Assembly (NCBI RefSeq): GCF_036321535.1
Contig: NC_087437.1
Location: forward strand, 5,766,001 to 5,830,000
Length of the DNA stretch: 64,000 nt
Direction of reading: 5' to 3'
Source of the DNA: Camelus dromedarius
Lineage: Eukaryota
The notes under the pieces are model-generated. The model was given only the letters and a program-made list of their open reading frames with translations, made no database searches and had not been told where the DNA came from. Positions within the stretch are counted from its first letter, which is position 1, and every line of letters starts with the position of its first letter. Positions 10,809 through 21,759 of the stretch are shown piece by piece. A program made the translations under genes and the position numbers.

Positions 10809-13800
10809 CCTTGTTGCTGGCTTTTAAAGGTGCTTCCTTTTTTATGAACACTGACCATACAGACCAAACAGAGAAGGCAAAAGAGGCATGTCACAGACTC
10901 AGCCTCTAAAAGAGAATGTCGTACTTGCATTAATTTTGGATAACAGGTTATGGTTTTACATCGGGTTTTCCCTTAATAATGCAGTAGGAATTACTTTATG
11001 AAAAATTGGCCTGAAAGGTGGCGAGTGATGTGTAATTTGATGTTTCACATTGAAATTTACTTGTCATACACCGTTTTTAGTACTGTTTGAAAGCACAACT
11101 GCCTGTGTGATGCAATTGTGTTAACTCATTGCTAAATGTATTTTTATTATTTGCTTAACTGGAGCAAGTTATAAATCTGCTGAAAACATTGCTTATACAG
11201 GACAAGCAATTGAACATGTTTGGATCTGTTTACAAAAAAAAAAAGCTTGATGACTTTATAAAGCTTTGGGATAACCAGATTAAGATGAAGGATTCCTGCA
11301 CTGTGTAAAATGCCCATTAATGAATTTTTAAAGGATTATAGAGTAATAATTACAGTCAACTTTCAGTGATCACAGTGACCATTGCTAAAGAAGAGGTATT
11401 GTTGAAAACAAAAAGCATGTGGAAAGAAATACAAGAAGCCTCGCTCTCCTCAGGCTCTCTGAGTCCGGCCGGCCTTGGTGTTCCTTGTACAGGAGTCGCC
11501 TGGCCAGCGGAAGGGAAGCCACAGCCCCGGAGAAAGCCATCCACTTTGGAAGACAGCACATTAGGTTTCTTCCGGGCAGATTCTGATTGGCCCTTGTCAG
11601 AATTCATCTCTACATGGTACCCGGTGCCAGGAGCCTGCCTTTTGTTGCATGTGTAGTACAAAAGTAGCACTTAGAAGCAGTTTAATGAGACTGACGCCAG
11701 GCCCCTCCTTGGAAATTTGGAGCTGAAGATGCCTTCAGGGTGTCTTGTCCACATACCTCCTCTTCTGTTAACGCCTCGCCCAGGCCTGAGGTCTTTATTT
11801 GGAGGATTCACATTCAGTTCACTGCTTTCTTATTTGTGAGACAGCCAACACTGTCAGCCTAAAAAGTGACAAAAGAATCCAGAAATGTGAGGAAAATGTA
11901 TACAGGTGTTTGAGGAATGATATTAGACCTGTCCCTAACCTTCACTCAAATTTAAAAACTTTCAAGCAGCTAGCTGTATCGTTTGAATCATCTGCCCTCG
12001 TGTTTGTCCAAGGATAGACATTTTGGGAACACGGTCCATCCACGTGTTCCGTTTTGGCTTCCTGAAAATCAGCGACGGCCCACGTGTGCTCGTGGACATG
12101 GTGGGAATTTAATTCCCGCTGCAGACAGCAGCGAGGGGGAGGGTTCTGCTCGTGTTTTCTTTTAGGGCGGTGGTGTGATAGCTGTTGGAAGGTGGGTGGA
12201 TTCAAACTCCTAGCGTTTCGTCTTCTCGAGTTTCTAGGTCTATTGATTTGGAAGCAAACATAGATTGTTAGCCTTTGGATTTTTATTTTTAGATGCTTAT
12301 TTTAGAAAAGCCCGTTGGTTGAATTTATTGGGGCTGACGTCACAAGCTGGAGTTGGGCACCTAGTCCTTGGCTTCGCCGGATTCCATGACTGTATGGTAT
12401 GGCCTTTAAAGAGGTGGTCTCCAGGGGGCCGTGCTCACCCGCAGGCATCCGTCAGTGTCTGTTGTGCTGGGCGCACACCCGTAAACAGGACAAGCCATAC
12501 TCGTGTAAATAATTGAGAAAACTTACTAGGTAAGTGCACACAGATTGTTAAAATTGGGTGAAATAATCAAAAGGTAGTTCTTTCTCAAATAAAATCAGTA
12601 AAGATGGATTAGGCCTCAGTGGGACAAAAACAATGGTAGAATTGTAGAGCTTCTGAACGTACAAAAAGCCCCAGGTGTCGTTCTGTTTACGTTGCGCTGA
12701 ATACTGGGGACAGTTTTCCTTGGGGTGAGACTTGCGTTATTCCGCTCTGTGTGTTTCCCTGCAAAGTGACATGTGTTGGAAGACCTCGGGGAGATGTTTG
12801 CTTCCAGACACTGTAGAAGAAGAAACTGAGCCACTCTTCCCCTCCTGGAGGGTGACGGTGAGGGGAGGGGACACCCCCGTGAGCGAGCGTGTGGGTGGTG
12901 GTGGTACCTGACACCTTCAGCTCTAAAGGAAAAGGCTCATGCTTATAGAACCAGAAAGGTCCATTATTTGAGACCGTGGCATTCAAAACTCCAAGCAAAT
13001 GGAGTTTGAGGGAAACCCCAGAGGATAAGAAAAGGACTCAGCAAAGCACAGGAAGACAGGGACCGTCTGGACCACCTGTGCCGAGGACCTAGGCGGTGCC
13101 CTCCGCCTCCCTCCAGGCTGGGTGGGGGTGAGATGTCAGAGGGCATCCTGCCTTCTCTGGGGCGGCCAGCACCTCCTGTCCCCCAGGTCCCCATTTCCCC
13201 TCTGGCCCCTGCCCCCTCTTCAAATGCTTCCTCCGGACTGGCGTTCCCTGCAGCCTGCCAGCACACCCACCTCGCTCACACCCCGAACCGGCCCTCTTTG
13301 CAGGCGGCAGCTTCCTCCGTGTGGTCTCCCCCCTTGTTGGTTTGATTGCAAGAGAAGTCAGCCCTTTGCCTTCACCACCTCTCTTCCTGTGCCCCCAACA
13401 ACTGAAGACCTTGTGTCCACTTTTGCAAAGGCTGCAACCAAGTTCTGTGCTGTAAAATTTAGTCCTTTCAAAATAAGCCCTGGCTCTGCCACAAACTCAC
13501 CAAGTGGCATCACACACGTTCCTTGACCTCTTTGAGCCGTACGTCATCCAATGGGATGACCACACCATCTTTTATGACGATGGTCAATATGATAAAGTGT
13601 GTCCTGCGTGCAGTAAAGTGTGCAGGCTGGTGCCCGCCCACAGGAAGTGCTTGGTGACAGGTGGCTGCCCTGCCACTAGGCCCCGGGCCCTTGGCTCCTC
13701 GTTTGTCTGCTGGAGATTTGCTTCTGACCCTGCCTACCTCTTTCAGTGTCCTCTGTGGCCTCCTTGGCCCCTGTTCTCGCCGCTCTGCTGTCTCCTTAGG

Positions 13801-14090
13801 GTTGTCACTCCTGTGTGCACCTGGCTCTCCTGTTTGTCTCTGGTGCCTGCTGATGTCACCCCGGGACAATCTCTGTCCCCTTTGCTCATAGCCTGTGAAA
13901 AAGCTCATCACATCTCATTTCTACTAGATACATGATCTTCTTCACTATTCTTTTTGCTCCTGTTTTTGCCTGCCTTAAATTTAGTTGTCACAGAGGCAGA
14001 GTGGGTCTCTGGAAAAGGCAAATCAGATTATTCCTGGTCAAAAGTCCTTCAGCCAAGCCCTGGCCCCACAGCACAAGCAGGGCACCTCTG

Positions 14091-14275
14091 CGAGACACTC
14101 AAAAGAGCAAACTTACGGTTACCAGGGGTAATGAGGGTGGGAAGGGATAAACTGGGAATTCAGTTTGCACCTCTGGGGGAGTGATGGCGATGTTAGCTGT
14201 CTTGATTGTGGTGATGGTTTCATGGGTGGATACATCTATTAAAATCCATCAAATTGTACATCTGAAATATGTACA
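14091..14275 (+). mobile_element. 76-bp young L1 3'UTR piece (14091-14166) inside an old L1MB-like 3' end
   Basis: caaacttacggttaccagggg...gggataaactggga (young L1) then gtgatggcgatgttagctgtcttgattgtggtgatggtttcatggg...atcaaattgtaca (L1MB-like). Confidence 0.75.
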
Positions 14276-16829
14276 GGAACCATACCACATACCACTCCTG
14301 GCCCCTGTGCACTCAGCCCCCATTCGCCATTCCTCCCCCCGTCCCAGTACCTGTCTGGTGATGCCCGGTGCCCGAGGTCCACTGTCGTCCCCTGCCAGCC
14401 TCGTGGCGTCTGCTCTGGCTGGCTGTCCTGCTTCCTCAGCCCGGCTCACTGTGGTCATTCATCTCTGACACAGACCCCCCTCTCCAAGGCCAGGCTGGGG
14501 GCCTCTCCTGGTCCTCCCACAGCACCCTGTCCATTTGGGCTACAGGTGTGACCTCATATTTTTTTTTTACAACACTAAATAAAAGCAGAATGGACCAGAA
14601 GAGAAAATGCTGTTCCGCGTGTTTGAGTATAAGTGCATCAGGCTGCTGTGTAAACTGCAGGTTTTACTCAGGGTGGCGCCAAAAAAAGTTTGAAAACCAG
14701 ATTTGCCGATTCTCCTGAAACTATATTTGTGTTTCCCCGTGGATTATAAAGCCCTATAAAGCCCTTAAGAGCCAGGACCATTCTCTTTCCAGCCCTGACA
14801 TTCAGCAGAGTATGCAGTCCGATAAAGAGCTTGTTGAAGGGCGCCGGCCGGTTCTCAGGGAAGCCGGGGTGCGCGGAGCAGTGGAGCACACGGATTCCCA
14901 GGCTGACGGAGATAGTTGTGGGAAAGGTGGCTGCTCTGAGTCTAAAGCAGTTGCTAACTCTGGGCCCCGGCCTGAGGTTCCATTGTGCCGTGGACCAGTC
15001 AAGGGAAACCTCCCGTGAGAGTCTGCCGGGGAGACGCCTGTCCTCTTGCACACGTGCGTGTGAGCAGATGCTGTGCTGATTCAGGGGAAAAGCATCTCTT
15101 TAGTGACGCTGGGCTCCCGCCACATCAGACTGTGGAAGGGGGCCGTCCTGCAGCCGGGGTAGCAGAGGAAGGAAAGAGGGGCACGTGGAAGGTTCCATAG
15201 TCTTTCCTGTACATTTCCCTGCCGGGCCGGCCGGGAAGCACGCCCTGGGGACGAGGAGAGCATCCCCCACACCGCCCCACCCAGGGGCTCCTGGTGTGGA
15301 TGGCGGGGTCCCCACACTTCCCACCTCCCCTCCCCTACCTACCCTCCTCGTCCTGGTGGGGCCAGACCCGGCTCTGTAACACACGCCACCTCTCCACTCT
15401 GCTGGGCTGTCCTGTCATCCTTCGGGCACCTTTCTTCCAAATTCAGTATCCGTTTACCCCTTCCTCTCGGATTTTCACCACCCATCTTCTTTCTATGCCT
15501 TTTTCTTCCTCATTTTATCCCATTCCTCACCTCCACCTCCTCAAAAGCAAAGAATGAAAGAAACAGCAATAAACAAAACTTGTAGAGGAGCAGTGTTCTC
15601 AGATGGCGTCCAGTTCGTTTGGGCACCTCCGCTTACTGAAGGGAAAGGAGTTCGTGATCGTGTCACAGGCGGCGTGTTAACAGTGATGGCGGTCCTTCAG
15701 GGGCCGTGTCCCCCTCACCTTGTCTTCCCAGAGCGTAGCCTGGGGCACACACAGCGCAGAGTGCTCGGTGGTGCTGTCTGTCCAGCTGGCGTGAGTTAAT
15801 CACTGTGAAGCATGGTGCTGCGCCCACTTGTTGGCTGCCTTGCCCCTAAGCATTTCCCCCGCTCTCTCTTTCGTGTCCTCATCTGCCTTCTTCTTTTAAA
15901 TATTATTGTCGGTGCTTTATTTTATATTCCTCAAGTAAATGTCTTTGACATTAATGACAGTCTTGACAGCTTTGATACTATTAAAAAATGCCAGCTGAAT
16001 AATATAATTTGTACCTCTTGAGGTCAGACACTTCCTTTGTGAAAAGTTGATTCTCTGAGTCTAAGTGAGTTGTAAACTGTTGAGTGCAGTTATCCCTGTA
16101 CCGGCTCTCAAAACGCTTCGCCTGACACGTTGCCCCCGAGGCTTGCTCTGTGTACAGTCAGAGCCCCCCGGGAGAAGGGACTCCCAGAAGTCTCAAAGGC
16201 CAGCCTGTTCCACGAGCCCCTAAACTTGGGGGGAGTTTGAGCAGCAAAGTGTAAAGGAAATAGCTTTGAAAAAATCAGGTTGGCAATAGCATTCTTATTT
16301 TTCTGACTTTACAAACAATGTTTATTTACTCTAGAAAACATCAGAGATGGCAGAAAAATTTTTTAGAAAGTGAAAATGACCCTCTTTCTTACCATCTCCT
16401 TTTTAGTGTATATCTGTCTAGACTTTTGCATGTACATATGACATATGTACAATAATATTTTTTAAAGATTATTCTAAAATGTAATTTTATTCCTTGCTTT
16501 AAAAAAAACTCAATGTAACACAGATAGCTATCTGTGTAATCAGTGTAGCTCTCCATCATTGCTTAACGGTGTATGTTTATTTAAACTGAGATTATTCCGT
16601 AATTTTCTGACCAACTGCAGTTAGGTTTTTTCCCAATTTTTTAGTCTTATGAAATGAACAGTCTTCTAATTAAATCTCTTGTAGATAGCGTGACTTGGAC
16701 AAATGATCTAATCACCCTGTGAATCTAGGCTGGCTTCTGCAGAAGTCCAGAGTTGGACTTGATCTCTTGGGCATTGTACTTAAGGTCACTTTTGATCACA
16801 TTTACGACTTTCTGTGGCGAAGGAGGTGC

Positions 16830-17045
16830 AGATGGTGGTTAAGGGCAGGACTGCTGCAGTCAGAGTGCTTGGATCCAACTCCTGTCCCCCTTCCATGCTG
16901 TGACTTGTTAAGCCTTTGCTTCCTGATTTGTAAACGGAGATGATAATCCTGGCATTGGAGTGTTGCTGTAAGGATTAACTGAAGTAGTGACGTGCTTAGT
17001 GTGGTGTCTTACACCAAATAAGCACCCCATGCATGTTTGTTGATC
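16830..17045 (+). mobile_element. MIR SINE
   Basis: gtggttaagggcagga...ttcctgatttgtaaacggagatgataat...aggattaactga...gtgcttag. Confidence 0.75.
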
Positions 17046-17165
17046 TTTTCACTGTAATGATTCCCACTTCCAACGCCCCTCTCCCTGCGTCAGAAGCCTG
17101 CCCCATCCTTTAATGGTGAGCTCAGGTGACCCTGTCTCTCCGCTTGGTCAGAACATCCTTGACAC

Positions 17166-17671
17166 TGGTGGTGGGATGAATCATGCCGCCCCAAAATTCA
17201 TATGTTGGAGTCTTAACCCTTTAGTGACTCAGAATGTGAGTGTATTCTTCGAAGAGCCAATGACGGTTACATGAAGTCATTGGGGTGGGCTCTAATCCAG
17301 TAGGTCTGGTGTCCTTATGAGAAGAGGAGGTTAAAAAAATTTTTTTAAATAAAATTTAAAAAAAGAAAAAAGAAAAGCAACAACAAAAAATTTTTTAAGA
17401 AAAAAATTTAAAGATTTAAAAAAATAAAAGAAACATAAAACTAAAAAAGAAAAAAGAAGAGGAGATTAGGACAGAGACACACACAGAGAAGAACATGTGA
17501 AGACGAGGGAGAAGACGGCGCCTGCAGGACAAGGAGAGAGGCCTCAGGAGAAGCAGTCTGTCCACACCTGGCTCTCAGCCTCCAGCTTCCAGGACTGCAA
17601 AGAAAGGACTTTCTGTCGTCTGAGCCCCCCAGTCTGGTGTTTGTTGAGGGGGCCCCCAGCAAACTCACACA
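17166..17671 (+). mobile_element. MLT1A-type MaLR solo LTR, split by an A-rich insertion (17330-17454)
   Basis: ccccaaaattcatatgttggagtcttaacc...ctaatccagtaggtctggtgtccttatgagaagaggag...attaggacagagacacacacagag...gagaggcctcaggagaa...gcttccaggactg...cagcaaactcacaca. Confidence 0.88.
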
Positions 17672-17689
17672 TCACCTCATTTCCTCTGC

Positions 17690-18395
17690 CTCTCACATCC
17701 GGTCCATTAGAAAATCCCATCCGCTCCCCCCCAGAAGCACGTCCAGCATCTGAATACTTCTTGTCCCCCCCTCCACGGCTTCCACCTTTGTCCGAGCCCA
17801 CGTCATCTGGAGCCCGGATTATTACAGCAGCCAGAGGGTGTGGTCTAAGTCAGATCACATCCGTCTCTTCCCTTCAGCTCCACTCTTGTAGATCAAAGCT
17901 TACATCCACCCTGTGGCCCACGGGTACCACGGGACCTGGCCACGTGTTACTCCAGCTTCTTCTCCACTGATTCTCTGTGTCCACCTGCTCAGCCGCCCCT
18001 GCTTCCTTGCTGGTCCTGCACTGGGCATCTGGCTGTGCTTATGGGCTCCCTCTGCCTGGACACTCTTCCTGCTAGGTGTCCATGGAGCTCAGTCTCACCT
18101 CTGCAGGTCTTTACTAAAGTACCATCTTCTCAGTGAGGCTTTACTGTCTGTCCCCGCTCCCCCCCCCACTGCCCTCTTATCCCCCTTTCTTGCTTTATTT
18201 ATTTTTCTCCATAGTCTTTACCATCATCTCACACACCATGTACTTCACTTGAATTTTAAGTATTGTGTTCTTGGTTATTATCCATGCCACAGGGCTGAAG
18301 ACTTTGTGACTTTGATTCATGGTATATCCACGATGCTTAGAACGTTGCCAGGCGCCAATTAGACACCCCATAAGTGTTTTTTTTGAATGAACGGA
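17690..18395 (+). mobile_element. L2 (L2a-like) 3' region
   Basis: aagtcagatcacatc...ccctctgcctggacactcttcc...ccatcttctcagtgaggc...gcttagaacgttgccaggc...ttgaatgaa. Confidence 0.8.
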
Positions 18396-18631
18396 TATTC
18401 TTTTTGGCTCTCTTCCAGTCTCCCCCTCTTCCTTTGTGCTCCAACAGTACCACGTTGCTTGTGGTCCTTCAGGTCTTCTGGATTTACTGCAGTTGTGTGC
18501 TGTCTCTGCCCCCAAAGACTGCAACTCCTTGAGCAGAAAAAAATGCCTGTTTTGGATTCACATATCCAGTGGTACCCTCTCTGTACTAGGTGCCCAGTAA
18601 ACAGTTAGTGAAGTTATATATATATATATAT

Positions 18632-19070
18632 ATTTTTTTTTTATTGAAGTACAGTCAGTTATAATGTGTCAATTTCTGGTGTACAGCACAATGTCCCAGT
18701 CATGCATATATATACATATATTCCTTTTCGTATTTTTTCATTAAATGTTATTATAAGATACTGACTATAGTTCCCTGTGCTATACAGAAGAACTTTGTTT
18801 TTTTAATCTATTTTTATATACAGTGGTTAACATTTGCAAATCTCAAACTCCCAGATTTATCCCTTCCCACCCCCTACCCCGGTAGCCATAAGATTGTTTA
18901 CTATGTCTGCAAGTCTGTTTCTGTTTTGCAGATCAGTACATTAGGGTCCTCTTTTTTCTTTTTTCTTTGTTTTAGATTGCACGTATAAGTGATACCATAC
19001 GGTATTTTTCTTTCTCTTTCTGGCTCCCTTCACTTAGAATGGTGCTCTCCAGGTACATCCATGTTGCTGC
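18632..19070 (-). mobile_element. Artiodactyl-type L1 3' end
   Basis: Poly-T, attgaagtacagtcagttataatgtgtcaatttctggtgtacagc...ttcacttagaatg...catccatgttgctgc. Confidence 0.92.
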
Positions 19071-20090
19071 AATGAATAGATACAAACATTAGAGCATCCA
19101 TGTAGCCCCCCAGCCCGCTCTCTGTCCCCATCCATGGCAGACTGGCAGACCTGAGCTCGTGGTCTGGCTCTTGAGAGGAGGAGGGCCTATCTGACCCTGG
19201 GCTGTTTACCCATCACTTCCCTCTCCCTGCCCTCCCCTCCTCTCTCTGTCTCCCGGGGCTCCTCTCCGCTTACCCCCCGAAGTTCCACTCCTTTGCTGTC
19301 CTCCTCCCCCACGCTGGCCCCCTTGGTTAGCCAAGAGATAACAGTTTCTGCCCGACGGCTGCTCACTGCCCAGGGAGCAGCATCCACTTGTAGGTCAGGG
19401 TCCTTCCAGGCGGAGGGGCCTCTGTGGACACAGAATGATTTAAATTGAAGACTGGAACCCAGCTGTATTTGGATAGAAGAGAAGGGAAAGATGGTGGAAG
19501 TGGAGGACGTGAAAATCAAAAAGCAGAGGCAGGGAGCCCCTCGGGGCCTCGGGCGTTTCCACTCAGTTAATAATCGCTTTTCTTCCCGTACCAGACTGAG
19601 GAGAAGAAGCAAAATAAAAATTTAAAAATTACTTCTTAATGAATTTAAATTATTTTGTTTGGTTTAATGACTAGATTTCAGCAGTAACATCCCCATTTTT
19701 GTCTGTATACATTATTTTAGCGACATTTGGATTAAATAGGCTTTCCTGGGTGGATCTGAGATTACAAGCACTGTTTACATTGTTGTTTTTTTGGGGAGAA
19801 TGAATGTGGAGTTGCAAACAGCTGGCTGACGCAGAAATGTTCAGTGTCACATTCTGCTTGTCTGGTTGGTAAGTGGAGCCCAGGGTGGCTTTTTGCTTTG
19901 ACTCTGAGTACTCTGGGCAGCTCACCAAAACACGAAAACAGGTTGTAAGTCCTGTCGTATGTCATTTTATTTCAGATTTCTTACTATGTTATAACACTGA
20001 AAAAGGTTGACTAGTTCTCTGCCTTTTGATCAGATAGTGATCAGGTAGAGCCTTTCTTTTATAGTCCTTTTCCCTCGTAAGAAGAGTGGC

Positions 20091-20295
20091 ACACGTTTCT
20101 ATATATGAAATAGATAAACAACCAAGACCTACTGTAGAGCACAGGGAACTGTACTCAATTTCTTATAATAGCATACAATGGAAGGGAATCTGCAAAGAAA
20201 AGATATACATATGTGTGTGTATGTATGACTGAACCACTTTGCTGTACACCTGAAACTAACGTTGTAAATCAACTCCACTTCAGTAAAAAATTTAG
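20091..20295 (+). mobile_element. Artiodactyl-type L1 3'UTR
   Basis: atagataaacaaccaagacctactgtagagcacagggaac...ctttgctgtacacctgaaactaac...cttcagtaaaaaa. Confidence 0.9.
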
Positions 20296-21104
20296 AAAGA
20301 GTGAGCTGAGTGAACAGAAGGTGAAAGATTTGTTCTTACAAGCCATCGCTGTTTTCTTTGGGAGCTCAAACCAAATTGCTAAGAGAGCAGTAAATCAAGA
20401 TATGCTTTCAGGGGATCCCACCCTTACAGTGTGGGTTCCCTAAGAGAAGGGTGGGCCTTTGTCCCCAGAACCACACCCAGTACACGGGGCTGAAGGAGGG
20501 ACAGTTTACACTGAGGCCGTCAGAGCGCAGGGGCCACCCGCAGGCCCTTAGACGGTGCCGCCTCACCTGCCTGTACCTTTGTGCTTTTGAAGGGCAGTTC
20601 ATTACACCTACGAGGAGGAAGTACTTTAAAAACAGAATATCCTCTGCTTTTTGATAGTTTTGTCTACAATTATTTTATTATTCAAAATCATTATAAAAGT
20701 TCACTCCAAGTCAGAGTGTAAAGTATCTTTGTGACCAAAAATGTTCGATTAGTCCGGTGATTGGAAAGATTTAAACCCTCTCCCCACCCCCGCCACTTTC
20801 CAGAGAGCCCTTTCCTTCCTTTGCCTTCAGAAAATTCTGATCAGTAAATCCGTTGCTGGCCACGGTATTTCTCCAGCTGTAAAAACGCATTTCTTAAAAT
20901 GTAGCATTTAAGGGAAGGTTAATTTGGAAGTTAGTTATGATTAGTATGATGCCAGTAATTGTTTCCTGTTCATTATTTTTATCAGATGGTTCAGTTGATT
21001 CATGAAGGATTTCTTGTTAGGATGAATAAAGGAAAAACTTTCTGAATCATCCGGGACACATTAACATAGAATTGTTCAGCTTTTTAAAGAAAGCACATTT
21101 TTGA

Positions 21105-21312
21105 AAATTGAAGTGTAGTCAGTTTACAATGTTGTGTCAGTCTCTGGTATACAGCACGGTGGTTCAGTTATATGTATATTCTTATACATATATATAAGAA
21201 TCTTACCATATTCTTTTTCATTACAGGTTATTACAAGGTATTGAATACAGTTCCCTGTGCTCTACAGTAGGACCTTGTTGTTTATCTATTTTACATATAG
21301 TAACGTGTACCT
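21105..21312 (-). mobile_element. Artiodactyl-type L1 3'UTR
   Basis: attgaagtgtagtcagtttacaatgttgtg...agttccctgtgctctacagtaggaccttgttgtttatctatttt. Confidence 0.9.
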
Positions 21313-21327
21313 AAGAAAATATTTTGA

Positions 21328-21585
21328 CTTATACACCGATGTTCATTGCAGCATTATTTGTAATACCCCCAAAGTGGAAACATCCCAGATATCCATTAAT
21401 TGATGAATGATTAAATAAAAGGTGTTGCATTCATACCATGGAATATTGCTTGACAATAAAAAAAAAAAAATGAAATACCGATACGTGCGACACATGGATG
21501 GACGTTGGAAGCACTGCATGTTAAGTGCAAGAAGCCAGTCACAGAGGCCACATACTTCTGATTCCAGTTACATGAAACGTCCGGG
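21328..21585 (+). mobile_element. Old L1MB/MC 3' fragment
   Basis: atgttcattgcagcattatttgtaata...ggaaacatcccagatatccatt...catggatggacgttgga...aagccagtcacagaggccacatac. Confidence 0.8.
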
Positions 21586-21594
21586 GGGCAAAGC

Positions 21595-21677
21595 ACTTTA
21601 ATTCTCAGCTGTCGTCATCTTGAAAGTGCTGCATTCTTGTTTTGTACTGGGCCCCGCAAATTATGTAGTTGGTCCTG
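21595..21677 (+). mobile_element. MER45A-like (hAT-Tip100) fragment
   Basis: gctgtcgtcatcttgaaa...ttttgtactgggccccgcaaattatgtagttggtcctg terminal sequence. Confidence 0.65.
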
Positions 21678-21759
21678 CTCATCTGCTATATTAGGCTAGG
21701 TTAGGTCTTCAGTTACTCTGGACTTTGTGTGTGTGTGTCACTTGTCTGAAGACGAGATT

